Positions 31,419 through 42,634 of a stretch of DNA of 64,000 nt are shown piece after piece. The position numbers were made by a program, and so were the translations under genes. Source of the stretch: Methanobacteriota archaeon (lineage in GTDB: Archaea; Thermoplasmatota; E2; DHVEG-1); assembly GCA_963769885.1 (NCBI GenBank), contig CAVYNH010000007.1, positions 384,001-448,000 of the forward strand, in the 5' to 3' direction. The notes below the pieces were generated by a model that saw only the letters and a list, made by a program, of their open reading frames with translations, was not told the origin of the DNA and did no database searches. Within the stretch, counting starts at the first letter, position 1. Each line of letters begins with the position of its first letter.

Positions 31419-32036
31419 TTAAGCGAGTCGGGCAAAGGCCATGGTGCCAGAGATTTTTTCGATCTTGACTTTGACGGTGCTGCCTTTGACGGCACCGGGG
31501 ATGTAGATGATATATTTGTCGTAGAAGGCGACGCCGTCCCCGCGTTTGCCGATGTCCTTGATCGTCAGCTCATACTCCTCGCCTTCCTTCAGCGAGGGGG
31601 TGGCGGTGCTGACCTTTTTCTTGCGCATGGATTTGATGGAGCGGATTGCGCCACAGGCGTCGCAGCGCAGCATGAGCGTGCGGTCTTTTTTGACAAGATG
31701 GGTGTCCGGGCGCGTACACTCCTGGCAGATGACGTAGGTCTCGACGTACTCGTCGAGTCTGTCCTGCAGGGTCTTCATGGGAATCTTGCCTTGGAAGATG
31801 ACGCGACCACCGGAAATCTCCCCGGCGGTGCCGACGGAGCCGAGCAGAAACTTGAGGAAATGGTTAGGATCCCGGTTGAGGATATCGACGATTTTATCGA
31901 AGTTGCGGATGACCGTGGTGTTGCCCTCATAAAAAACGTCGACCTTAGGGACTTTAAGGCGTTCGTCAACGATACGTTCCTTTGAAGTGAGGCTTTGCAA
32001 CCGCTTGAGCAGGTTTTGATAATCAGCGTCGGTCAT
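31419..32036 (-). CDS. eif2b: Translation initiation factor aIF-2 beta with C-terminal TRAM domain
   Basis: TVIRNF..LNRDPNH, CxxC..PDT..CxxCG zinc ribbon, TRAM IKDIGKRGDGVA. Confidence 0.95.
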   Translation of the reverse strand: MTDADYQNLLKRLQSLTSKERIVDERLKVPKVDVFYEGNTTVIRNFDKIVDILNRDPNHFLKFLLGSVGTAGEISGGRVIFQGKIPMKTLQDRLDEYVETYVICQECTRPDTHLVKKDRTLMLRCDACGAIRSIKSMRKKKVSTATPSLKEGEEYELTIKDIGKRGDGVAFYDKYIIYIPGAVKGSTVKVKIEKISGTMAFARLA

Positions 32037-32109
32037 ACGCAAGCGGCAGATATGCCCAAAGTTGTTAAAAAGCTTCCGAAGAGAGACTCCTGGGATTTTC
32101 TCGGCTTTT

Positions 32110-32208
32110 TTATTCGGGCTTCGGCTGCGGGGCCAGGATGCCGATGACCAGGTAGCCGGCGCGCAGGGCTTTTTCTGCGATGTCGGCCTTGGTCGTCGTA
32201 ACCTTCAT
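32110..32208 (-). CDS. Candidate 32-aa small protein MKVTTTKADIAEKALRAGYLVIGILAPQPKPE
   Basis: ATG with GGTG SD, host-like C/G-ending codons, same strand as flanking genes, fills an otherwise empty spacer. Confidence 0.5.
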   Translation of the reverse strand: MKVTTTKADIAEKALRAGYLVIGILAPQPKPE

Positions 32209-32381
32209 GGCACCATCAGACCATTGCCATAGAAACTCTGGCATGACATTCTCCTCCCCACCACTAGTCCCCTTGTTCTCTCTGAAGACCAGGGTTAGAT
32301 TCCAGCAGGCCTGGGAGGTTTAAAAATGTTGCGAAAAAAAAAGACCAGGTACCGTCTCCTGAAGATTCAGGATTAGGTTGG

Positions 32382-33965
32382 TTATACCGTGGATGTGGGG
32401 AGGGTTTTGACGAGGTATGGCCCGCGGTCGGTGAACCCGAGGCGTCGGTAGTAGGGCTTGACACCGACGCCGCTGAGGACGAACAGCCGGTGGGCATCGT
32501 AGTCTTCCCGGGCAATGCACTCGGCTTCGGCCAGCAGGCGTCGACCGAGTCCTCGGTGTTGATACGTTATTCCGAGCGCATGACCGGTCAGTGGGACTTC
32601 GCGACCCAGTACGCGCAGCTCCCTAATCATGAAACATGGCCCGGGGCTGAGCTCCGCTCGATATGGGTCGGAGATGATGCGCAGGCGGAGGTAGGCGTAA
32701 AGCACGTTCTGAGAGGAATCAGTGAGGCTGATGAAGCGTTCCTCTCCGCTGCTGGCTTGGTAGGTTTCTTCTTCAAGTCTGAGGGTAGCAGCGGGTCCGG
32801 GGTGGTCAGTTGGTTGATGGCCGATCTCGCGGCAGCGGATGCAGTGGCAAGTCTGACCGGTATGGTGGAGTTCGGCGGCGACGAGTTGGCGGAGGTTGCT
32901 TTTGGTGATGCCGCCGTGAAGGCGTTGGATGGGGATGTCGCGTTGAATACGTTGGATACGGATCCAAAGCGGAATCTCGGCTTTGACGGCGGCGAGGAGG
33001 CGGACTGCGGATTGGGTCGTGAGGGGTTCAAAGTCGGGGTCGCGTGCGAGATCTGCGCCGTCGACGACGAGGGTCGGGTAGATTTTGAGCATGTCGGGCT
33101 TAAACCGGTCATCGGTAAACACAGTGCGGAACATATTCTTGTCTGTGATGGGGGTGGAGCCGGGGAGGCCGGGCATGAGATGGTAGCAGACTTTGAGGCC
33201 GGCGTCTTTGGCGAGGCGGGTGGCGGTGATGGAGTCAGTGACGGTGTGACCACGGTCCATTTTCGTCAGCAGGGTATCGTCGGTGGATTGGACGCCGAGT
33301 TCGACGCGGGTCGCGCCGTACGATAAAATACTGTGGATGTGGTGGAGTCGGAGCCAATCTGGTCTGGTTTCGATGGTGAGGCCGATGCAGCGTGCGGGGG
33401 CAGATTCGTTGGTCTGTTTGGCCTTAGCGAGTGTTGGGGAGTGGGTGCCGTTCATGGCGTCGTAGCAGCGGGTGACGAACCATTCTTGGTACCAGGGTGA
33501 TCGTGCGGTGAAGGTGCCGCCCATGATGATGAAGTCGATCTTGTCGGTGTCGTGGCCGATGGTGCGGAGTTGTTTGAGTCGGTTGGCGGTCTGTTGGTAG
33601 GGGTCGCAGTGGCAACTGATGGCGCGCATGGCGGCGGGTTCGTCGCCGGTATAACTCTGGGGGGTGTTGGTGGTGGGGCCGCCGGGGCAGGGGAGGCAGC
33701 GGCCGTGGGGGCAGTCGGCGGGGCTGGTCATGACGGCGGTGACGGCGACCCCGGAGAGGGTGCGGGTGGATTTAAGTCTGAGGAGTTGGAGGAGGTTGTC
33801 GTTGTCGAGGAGGTCATCGGGGAGGGCGGCGAGGATGTCGCTGTCTTGGGGGATGGTCGTGAGGCGGTATTTTTTGCAGAGGCGTACTTTGGCTTGTTGG
33901 AGCTGGTTTTTGGTCGTGATTTGCTCAGTGCGGAGCAAGGCGATGATGTCCTCGAAGAAGGTCAT
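32382..33965 (-). CDS. elp3: Elp3 tRNA uridine(34) acetyltransferase (radical SAM + GNAT)
   Basis: RTLSGVA, CPHGRCLPCPGG, MGGTF, ETRPD, KIYPT, RIQRDIP, QHRGLG. Confidence 0.96.
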   Translation of the reverse strand: MTFFEDIIALLRTEQITTKNQLQQAKVRLCKKYRLTTIPQDSDILAALPDDLLDNDNLLQLLRLKSTRTLSGVAVTAVMTSPADCPHGRCLPCPGGPTTNTPQSYTGDEPAAMRAISCHCDPYQQTANRLKQLRTIGHDTDKIDFIIMGGTFTARSPWYQEWFVTRCYDAMNGTHSPTLAKAKQTNESAPARCIGLTIETRPDWLRLHHIHSILSYGATRVELGVQSTDDTLLTKMDRGHTVTDSITATRLAKDAGLKVCYHLMPGLPGSTPITDKNMFRTVFTDDRFKPDMLKIYPTLVVDGADLARDPDFEPLTTQSAVRLLAAVKAEIPLWIRIQRIQRDIPIQRLHGGITKSNLRQLVAAELHHTGQTCHCIRCREIGHQPTDHPGPAATLRLEEETYQASSGEERFISLTDSSQNVLYAYLRLRIISDPYRAELSPGPCFMIRELRVLGREVPLTGHALGITYQHRGLGRRLLAEAECIAREDYDAHRLFVLSGVGVKPYYRRLGFTDRGPYLVKTLPTSTV

Positions 33966-34022
33966 AGGGTGACGGGGTGGTGATGGGTGGGGGTGCTACT
34001 AAAAACTATTGGTGGATGTGGG

Positions 34023-36869
34023 TTAGGTGTCCCAGAAGCCTCGGGTGCGGGCGTATTGGAGTTCGGCTTGGAGGATGTCGCGGAAGAATTTGACTTCGAG
34101 GTCCTCGGATTTTTTGAGTTCGAGTTTGGTGAAGCGGCTGAGGATGCGGGCGGCGGTGTCGGGGCCGACGCCGCGGGCGGCGAGGGCGTAGACCGCGTAT
34201 TTGCCGTAGGTGAGGATGAGGCTGGCGTTTTTGTTGAGGCGTTTGAGTTCTTTGAGGTCGGCGGTGGTGCGGTGGTGTTTGGTGAGGACGTGTGCTTGGT
34301 CGCCGTGGTAGCGGCGGAGCATGGCGATTTTGATGGCGCCGCAGCGGTGGCATTTGGGTTGGAGGGGGAGGCGGCCGACGAAGGTGTTCCATTGGTTGTG
34401 GCAGTTGAGGCAGACCATGGTGATGTCGGCGTCTTCGATGCGTTTTTTGAGGGCCATTAGGATGCTGCGGTCGGGGCGGAGGGGGACCATGAGGCCGCGG
34501 ATGGTTTCGAAGCCGGCGAGGCTCATGGGGGAGAGGCCGTGGTGGGTGTGGAGGGTGATGTCGCCGCGTTGGACAGCTTCGAGGATGTCTTTGGTGCGTG
34601 GGACGTCCATGTTTTCCCAGAGGATTTTTTCCATGGCTTCGTCGAGGACGAGGGAGTGTTCGAAGAGGCCGAAGAGGCGTTTGACGCCGATGTTTCTGTA
34701 GTCGAAGCCTTTGCGCAGCGCGCCGAATTTTCTGGCGACATGGATGAGCTGCCAGCGGAGGTATGTGGAGTTGCGCAGGACGGTTTCCATGAGATAGGGG
34801 AGGGTGCCGGGATGGGTGGTCTGCAGGAGTTCGATGATGCGGTCCGGGGGGAGCCGGGCGGGGATTTCGAGGTTGATGCGGTAGGCGTCGCTGTTGATGC
34901 CGATGCTTTCGCCGAGCATCTGGGCGAGGATGGCGCTGATGAGGCGGCCGAGGGTCTCGTTGACTTTGGTGCCGAGGCAGGCGTTGATGACGACGTTGTG
35001 GTCTTCGGCGTCGATGGTGATGGTGCGGTCGTCGGGGAGGAGGAAACCGAGGCGCTGTTGCGTCTGGGCGTAGTCTCGGATCTTGTCGATGAGGCCGGGG
35101 TCGCAGGGGTAGTTGGTGATGGGGGCGGTGCTGGCGGCTTGTCTGCGGAGTTGGCCGACTTCGTGGGCGACGTCGTAGGGGACGGGGATCTCTTCGCCGA
35201 TCCAGCTGGGGACGGAGCCGATTTCTTTGACTTGGGTGACGAGGATGGTGTCTTCTTCGCGTTTGACGATGACCCAGGGGCGGCCGCGGAGGATGAATTT
35301 CTCGCCTTCGAAGCCGGAGCTGAGGACGAAGCTTTCGTCCAGCGTACCGATGGCTTTACGCGTGCTGATGTCGATGACGGGGTAGGTGACCTCGTCGGGG
35401 ATCATGGAGATGTTGTCGAGGAAGTAGGTGCGGCTGTTCATCTTTTTGGCGAAGACGCGGGTGCCGGCCTCGTCCTCGATCCAGATGGTCCTGTGGTCTT
35501 TGAGCTGGGTGCTGAGCAGGGTGAACATCTCTTTCGTGAGGCTATGGAAGCTGTAAGCCCTTGTGATAATGTCGTAGGCTTTCTGTTCGGGGATGCGGCC
35601 GTATTCGAGGACGAGGCTAATGATTTGGTTGGTGAGAACGGTGAGGGGGTTTTGACGGACCGAGTAACGTTCGAGGTCGCCGGCGAGGGCGCGGCGGGCG
35701 ATGACGAGGCTTTCGGCGAGGTCTTCGGGGTTGGTGGCGAGGATGACGCCGGTGCTGGTGCGACCGACGCGGTGGCCACTGCGACCGACGCGTTGGACGA
35801 TGCGGGTGACCTCGCGGGGGGAGTTGTACTGGATCACGAAGTCGGTGTCGCCGACGTCGATGCCCAGCTCGAGTGAAGAGGTGCAGATGAGAGCTTTGAG
35901 CTGGCCTTTTTTGAAGGCGTCTTCGGCTTCGACTCTGGCGATTTTAGAGAGGGAGCCGTGGTGGACACCGATGGCGAGGCCGGGGTTCCATTGGTGGAAG
36001 CGGGAGGCGAGGATCTCGGCGCCGTCTCGGGTATTGATGAAGAGGAGGGTGCTGACGTGGGTGTCGATGAGCTCTTTACAGCGGCGGAGGAGCGCGGCGG
36101 AGGTGGGCTCAATGTGGAGGGTGTGGGCGAGGTGGTCGTCGGCGGTGGTGGGCTGGGGCATTTCGACGGTGAGGTCGATGTGTTTGGTAACGTCGACTTC
36201 AAGGATGGTGACAGGGCGGAAGCCTTTAGTGGTCTGGCCGCCGAGGAAGCGGGCGACCTCGTCGGGGAGTCCGACGGTGGCGGAGAGACCGACGCGCTGG
36301 AAGCCGTAGGTGGTGTCTTTGACGATTTCTTCGAGGCGTTCGAGGCCGACGGCGAGCTGGGCACCGCGTTCGTCGGTGGCGAGCTCATGGACTTCGTCGA
36401 CGACGACCCAACGGACGGCTTTGAGGTGGCTACGCAGTCGTTTGCCGGTGAAGAGGATCTGGAAAGTCTCCGGGGTGGTGATGAGCATGTCTGGAGGGCG
36501 CTGGGATTGTTTGAGACGTTCGGCTTGGGGGGTGTCGCCGTGGCGGACGGCGATGCTGATGCCCAGTGTCTTTGCTTCGTCGAATGTGCGGTGGAGCATG
36601 TCGCGGTTCAGTGCGCGCAGCGGTGTAATATAAAGAATGGAGATACCCTTGTGCCGTTCCGGGTCGTCCTTGATGGCGAGGAATTGATGGAAGATGGGGA
36701 GGAGCGCGGCCTCGGTTTTCCCAAGTCCGGTGGGGGCGATGAGGAGGATGTTGAGACCGTGGAGGATTTCGGGGATGGCCTTGATTTGGGGTTCCGTGGG
36801 TGCGCTGATGTGACGGGCGGAAAGGAGCGGGTGGATGCGGGGGTCGAGGAGGTCGAAGACGCTGGTCAT
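34023..36869 (-). CDS. lhr: Lhr-family ATP-dependent SF2 helicase
   Basis: APTGLGKT, ITPLRALNRD, DEVH, GLSAT, HHGSLS, TSSLELGIDVG, QRVGRSGH, C-terminal CxxC..CxxC. Confidence 0.93.
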   Translation of the reverse strand: MTSVFDLLDPRIHPLLSARHISAPTEPQIKAIPEILHGLNILLIAPTGLGKTEAALLPIFHQFLAIKDDPERHKGISILYITPLRALNRDMLHRTFDEAKTLGISIAVRHGDTPQAERLKQSQRPPDMLITTPETFQILFTGKRLRSHLKAVRWVVVDEVHELATDERGAQLAVGLERLEEIVKDTTYGFQRVGLSATVGLPDEVARFLGGQTTKGFRPVTILEVDVTKHIDLTVEMPQPTTADDHLAHTLHIEPTSAALLRRCKELIDTHVSTLLFINTRDGAEILASRFHQWNPGLAIGVHHGSLSKIARVEAEDAFKKGQLKALICTSSLELGIDVGDTDFVIQYNSPREVTRIVQRVGRSGHRVGRTSTGVILATNPEDLAESLVIARRALAGDLERYSVRQNPLTVLTNQIISLVLEYGRIPEQKAYDIITRAYSFHSLTKEMFTLLSTQLKDHRTIWIEDEAGTRVFAKKMNSRTYFLDNISMIPDEVTYPVIDISTRKAIGTLDESFVLSSGFEGEKFILRGRPWVIVKREEDTILVTQVKEIGSVPSWIGEEIPVPYDVAHEVGQLRRQAASTAPITNYPCDPGLIDKIRDYAQTQQRLGFLLPDDRTITIDAEDHNVVINACLGTKVNETLGRLISAILAQMLGESIGINSDAYRINLEIPARLPPDRIIELLQTTHPGTLPYLMETVLRNSTYLRWQLIHVARKFGALRKGFDYRNIGVKRLFGLFEHSLVLDEAMEKILWENMDVPRTKDILEAVQRGDITLHTHHGLSPMSLAGFETIRGLMVPLRPDRSILMALKKRIEDADITMVCLNCHNQWNTFVGRLPLQPKCHRCGAIKIAMLRRYHGDQAHVLTKHHRTTADLKELKRLNKNASLILTYGKYAVYALAARGVGPDTAARILSRFTKLELKKSEDLEVKFFRDILQAELQYARTRGFWDT

Positions 36870-36977
36870 TGTGGTGCTGGGTGGGTGCTATCTGGGTTGG
36901 TTTAATTGAATGTTTGCTCACTTTGGAGAAAAGAGGAGAAAGGACCCCCGGTTGAACAACAGGGGGGTGTTTGTTTT

Positions 36978-37289
36978 TTATGGTTTTTCGATGCTGAGGC
37001 AGATTTCGATGGAGGAGACGTTGGATTTTTTGCCGTCTTCGCTGACGACGGCTTCGGTGCCGATGTCGATGGTTTTGACGGTGGCGTTGGTAATGAAGCG
37101 GTTGCGGGCGATCTCGGCGGCGTCGACGGCGCGGCTGATGGCGTTGCCTCGTGCTTTCAGGAGGACTTCGGTGTGTTCACCGGAGTTGAGGACGGCCATG
37201 ATGGCGGAGACGTAGTTCATAGGCGGCTTGTTGCCGACGTAGATGACGTTTGAGTTGATGTCTTCCTCGGTTCTTTCGTGAGTGCTCAT
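36978..37289 (-). CDS. albA: DNA/RNA-binding protein Alba
   Basis: [34 protein letters not shown]. Confidence 0.96.
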   Translation of the reverse strand: MSTHERTEEDINSNVIYVGNKPPMNYVSAIMAVLNSGEHTEVLLKARGNAISRAVDAAEIARNRFITNATVKTIDIGTEAVVSEDGKKSNVSSIEICLSIEKP

Positions 37290-37390
37290 TGGTCTCTCCC
37301 CTGGAGAATATTGCTCCTGGATTCAGATGTAAGTACGGGTGAAGAGGACTCTTCGTTATTTAAAGATTGTGATTTTTACAGGAGTGGGAG

Positions 37391-37675
37391 TTAGGTGTAG
37401 TAGTGGTCGGTGTCCTTTTTTTCTTCTTCTTTGGCGAAGTCTTTGTGGTCGTAGAGGTCGATGGCGAGGATGGCGTGGAGGGGGATGATGCGGAGTTTGC
37501 CTTTGTCTTGGCCGTGGGTCTCGCCGAGTTCCATGAGAAGACCGGCTTCTTCGATGCCGATGTTGGCGTACCCTTTGAAGATGCCTTCGGTCTCCAGGGC
37601 GCTATCTCGTGCACCGATGGAGGTGATCTTGTAGTGGGATTCTTCGACGAGTTTTAACTCTTCTCTCTTGGTCAT
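37391..37675 (-). CDS. Hypothetical protein, possible Sm-like fold
   Basis: EGIFKGY...LRIIPLHAILAID pattern; start overlaps the stop of the upstream HTH gene. Confidence 0.55.
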   Translation of the reverse strand: MTKREELKLVEESHYKITSIGARDSALETEGIFKGYANIGIEEAGLLMELGETHGQDKGKLRIIPLHAILAIDLYDHKDFAKEEEKKDTDHYYT

Positions 37676-38124
37676 GGTGTCCCTTTCCGCTGTTGTTCTA
37701 AGAGCGTCTGGAGGTGTTCGACGGTTTTGCCGTAATTCTCCACCGCTACTTTAATGTGTGCTTCGACGAAGTTCCAGGCTTTCTGGAGGTTGCCGTACCG
37801 GAGTCGGTAGCCTTTCTTCTGCTGCTGGGTGGCGTCGTCGTAGACGCTGAGTTCTTCGAGGATGTCCAGGCCTTTGAGCTTGTTGAGGTGACGATAGACT
37901 GTAGGCCGGGAGGTTTTGAGTGCGCCGGCGATGTCGTCGACGAACCAGGCCTTAGTGGGTTGCTTAAGGAAGAAGTCGACGAAAATCTTGTAGGGCAGGG
38001 TCGGGTCCGAGCCTTTACTGAGGTATCCTATCTGTTCGAAGAACATGCGTGCGGCGATGTCGAAGTCCTCTTCCCCATTTAATGGGGTGTTGCTAACGAC
38101 TTGAAGTTCAAACGGCATTCCCAC
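37672..38124 (-). CDS. Winged helix-turn-helix transcriptional regulator
   Basis: VDDIAGALKTSRPTVYRHLNKLKGLDIL HTH. Confidence 0.8.
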   Translation of the reverse strand: MGMPFELQVVSNTPLNGEEDFDIAARMFFEQIGYLSKGSDPTLPYKIFVDFFLKQPTKAWFVDDIAGALKTSRPTVYRHLNKLKGLDILEELSVYDDATQQQKKGYRLRYGNLQKAWNFVEAHIKVAVENYGKTVEHLQTLLEQQRKGTP

Positions 38125-38219
38125 TCCTCACCGGAAGGGAATAGTTTGAGGAGTTAAATAGGTTTCGTGACGTAGAAAAGGTCGGGGGATGAATCGCCCC
38201 TAGGTAGGATGGGGAGAAT

Positions 38220-39581
38220 TTAGAGGACGTGGAAGTACCGCGCGGTCTCCCAGGCGGTGACCTGCATTTGGTACTCCTCCCATTCCGTGCGCTTGATTGC
38301 TATGAAGTTTTCGAAGACGTTGCTGCCTAGGGCGTCCCTGATGAAAGTGCTCTTCTGCATGATCTCCAGGGCATGGCCGAGGCTTTCGGGGAGCTGGCCG
38401 ATGCCGTACGATGCCCGTTCCTTGGGGGTCAGTGCGTAGATGTTACGTTCGACGGGTTCCGGGGCTTTGAGTTTGCGTTTGATACCGTCAAGGCCGGCGG
38501 CGATCATGACGGTGTAGGCGAGGTAGGGGTTGCAGGCGACGTCTGGGTTGCGCAGTTCGATACGCGTCGCCTGTCCACGGTTCGCTGGGATGCGGATGAG
38601 GGAGCTGCGGTTGCGGTTCGCCCAGCAGATATAGGTGGGGGCTTCGTAGCCGGGGACGAGGCGTTTGAAGGAGTTCACGGTCGGGTTGAGGACGGCGCAC
38701 ATCTCCCGGGAATGGGTGAGGAGCCCGGCGAGGAATGAGTACGCAAGCGGGCTGAGTTTGTGCTTGTCTCCTGGGTCATAGAAGGCGTTCTTGCCGGCTG
38801 GCGTGCACATCGAAATGTGGGTATGCATCCCTGAGCCGTTCGTCCCAAAGAGGGGCTTGGGCATGAACGAGGCGTACAAACCATGGCTGTCAGCGATGAT
38901 TTTACTCACGTATTTCAAGGTGATGACGCGCTCCGCTGTCGTGAGTGGGTCGGCGTAGTTGAAGTTGATCTCCTGCTGTCCGGGGGCGACCTCATGGTGC
39001 GTGGTGTAGATCTCGAGGCCGAGCTGCTGCAATGCCATGGCGATGTCCGCCCGGACGGTTTCTGCCAGGTCACGGTGGGAGAGGTCGAAGTAGCCGGCGT
39101 TGTCATGCGGCAGCAAGGTCGGACCGTCGCTGTTTCGCTGGAAGAGGAAGAATTCGCATTCAGAGCCGGTATTGCAGCGGTACCCGAGTTTGTCCGCCTT
39201 TTGCAATATCTGTTGTAGTACGTATCGGACGTCGCCGGGGAAGCGTTGTTTTCCGTCCTGTTCATAGATGTCGCAGCTGATTTTCGCGGTCTTCCGTGGC
39301 TCGATGCTCTCAGGGATGATGCTGAAGCTGGCGGGGATTGGGCGGATGACCTTGTCTGATTCTTCGATGTTGGCACAGCCGATGATGGACGAGGCGTCGA
39401 ACGGGATCCCGTTGTCCAACGCGTCCTTGAGGAGTCCTGAGGGGATGACGAGGTTGCGCGGCATCCCGAGAAGGTCGACGAACTGGAGGCGGATGAACCG
39501 GATGTTCTCATGGGCAACAGTCGATAGGATAGAGTCCGCAGTCCAGAATTCAGCCGATTTCGTCGACGTTACGTTTTTCAT
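38220..39581 (-). CDS. glnA: Glutamine synthetase type I
   Basis: FIRLQFVDLLG, FDASSI, ECEFFLF, HHEVAPGQQEI, FMPKP..NGSGMHTH, KRLVPGYEAP, NRSSLIRIP, RIELRNPD. Confidence 0.96.
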   Translation of the reverse strand: MKNVTSTKSAEFWTADSILSTVAHENIRFIRLQFVDLLGMPRNLVIPSGLLKDALDNGIPFDASSIIGCANIEESDKVIRPIPASFSIIPESIEPRKTAKISCDIYEQDGKQRFPGDVRYVLQQILQKADKLGYRCNTGSECEFFLFQRNSDGPTLLPHDNAGYFDLSHRDLAETVRADIAMALQQLGLEIYTTHHEVAPGQQEINFNYADPLTTAERVITLKYVSKIIADSHGLYASFMPKPLFGTNGSGMHTHISMCTPAGKNAFYDPGDKHKLSPLAYSFLAGLLTHSREMCAVLNPTVNSFKRLVPGYEAPTYICWANRNRSSLIRIPANRGQATRIELRNPDVACNPYLAYTVMIAAGLDGIKRKLKAPEPVERNIYALTPKERASYGIGQLPESLGHALEIMQKSTFIRDALGSNVFENFIAIKRTEWEEYQMQVTAWETARYFHVL

Positions 39582-39774
39582 CTATAAAACCTCCACCCGA
39601 AAGAGCATACTTCATCCCGTATGGACGCACGCCCTTTTTTAATTTCCGAAACAGCTGATTCCCCCCCTGCTTCGTCGCCTCCTCGCGTACGGACATTTTT
39701 CGAGGAAAAAATGACGAAGAGGACAGGAGGAGGGCCCCCGTTGCTCGAAATTACAATCCTTCGCAAACTATTAA

Positions 39775-41160
<1,386 letters not shown>

Positions 41161-41164
41161 ACCC

Positions 41165-41202
41165 CTCTCCCTTCTTTTTCCCCTTTTTTCCCTTTTATTT
41201 TA
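41165..41202 (+). terminator. Oligo-T/pyrimidine-rich archaeal terminator-like tract after gdhA
   Basis: cttctttttccccttttttcccttttatttt immediately after the stop. Confidence 0.5.
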
Positions 41203-41298
41203 ATCTTCCTACCCTTATCCTGGCGCAACAAGCGATTGTTTTATATCGGAGTCTAAGATATCGGTTCATCCCATTCAACCACAAGGAGTGGATGATTT

Positions 41299-42621
41299 AT
41301 GGCAACAAAAACTGTGACTGTCCCAAAGGCGCCCAAACCCGAAGGGTTCAACCCTTTCAAAATGGCCCAGCAGCAATTCGACCGCATCGCAGATAAACTC
41401 GGCTTAGACCAACCAACACGGGATCTCCTCCGCGAGCCTCTCCGTGAATATCATTTCTCGATCCCAATCCGAATGGACGACGGTACCATGAAAGTCTTCC
41501 ATGGCTTCCGCGTCCAACACAACGACGCCCGCGGCCCCTGCAAGGGCGGCATCCGCTTCCACCCCCAAGAGACCATCGACACCGTCAAAGCCCTGGCCAT
41601 GTGGATGACCTGGAAATGCTCCGTCGCGGACATACCGCTGGGCGGCGGCAAGGGCGGCGTCATCTGCGACCCGCACAACCTCTCCGAAAAAGAGCAGGAA
41701 CGCATCTGCCGCGGTTGGGTCCGTCAGATTGCTCGCGACATTGGGCCTTACCAAGATGTACCAGCCCCTGACGTCATGACCAGCGGCCAGCACATGATCT
41801 GGATCATGGACGAGTTCCAGACCCTCTCCCACGGGGAGTTCCAACCTGGCGTCATCACCGGCAAGCCCGTCGGGCTCGGCGGCTCCCGAGGCCGGACCGA
41901 GGCGACCGGGTACGGTTTAATCTACATCCTTCGTGAAGTCCTCAAAGAGCTGAAGATGGACGTCACTAAGACCACCGCCTCCGTGCAGGGCTTCGGTAAC
42001 GTCGCCCGCTACGCCGCGGAGCTGTACTCGCAGTACGGCGGTACGGTCTTCTCCGTTTCCTGCTGGGACCAAAACGACGCCACCAGCTACGGCTTCTACA
42101 AGAAAAACGGCATCAACCTCGAGGAGCTCTTGAAAATCACGGACCGCTTTGGCACCATCGACAAGGATAAGGCGCAGAAACTCGGCTATCAGATCACCCC
42201 CGGCGACGACTGGCTCACCCATGACGTCGACATCCTCATCCCCGCGGCACTTGAAAACTCCATCACCGCGGAGAACGTCGGCAAGATCAGCCCCAAAGTC
42301 AAAATCGTCATCTGCGGCGCGAACGGCCCCGTCACCCCCGAAGCAGAGGACGCCCTCGACAAACGCGGCGTCACCGTCATCCCCGACTTCCTCGCCAACG
42401 CCGGCGGCGTCGTCTGCAGCTACTTCGAACAAGTCCAAAACAACCAAAACTACTACTGGACCAAGGAAGAAGTCCTCGGCAAACTCGACAACAAGATGAC
42501 CGACGCCTTCTACCACGTCTGGGACCTCTCCCAGCGCAAAAAAGTCCGCATCAGCGACGCAGCCTACATGATCGCCATAAACCGTGTCGCCGAAGCCTGC
42601 AAGATGCGCGGCTGGGTCTAA
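41299..42621 (+). CDS. Glu/Leu/Phe/Val dehydrogenase (second glutamate dehydrogenase, different subfamily)
   Basis: RVQHNDARGPCKGGIRFHP, MTWKC, GGGKGG, DVPAPD, QGFGNV, PDFLANAGGV. Confidence 0.93.
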   Translation: MATKTVTVPKAPKPEGFNPFKMAQQQFDRIADKLGLDQPTRDLLREPLREYHFSIPIRMDDGTMKVFHGFRVQHNDARGPCKGGIRFHPQETIDTVKALAMWMTWKCSVADIPLGGGKGGVICDPHNLSEKEQERICRGWVRQIARDIGPYQDVPAPDVMTSGQHMIWIMDEFQTLSHGEFQPGVITGKPVGLGGSRGRTEATGYGLIYILREVLKELKMDVTKTTASVQGFGNVARYAAELYSQYGGTVFSVSCWDQNDATSYGFYKKNGINLEELLKITDRFGTIDKDKAQKLGYQITPGDDWLTHDVDILIPAALENSITAENVGKISPKVKIVICGANGPVTPEAEDALDKRGVTVIPDFLANAGGVVCSYFEQVQNNQNYYWTKEEVLGKLDNKMTDAFYHVWDLSQRKKVRISDAAYMIAINRVAEACKMRGWV

Positions 42622-42634
42622 AACAACCGCGACT

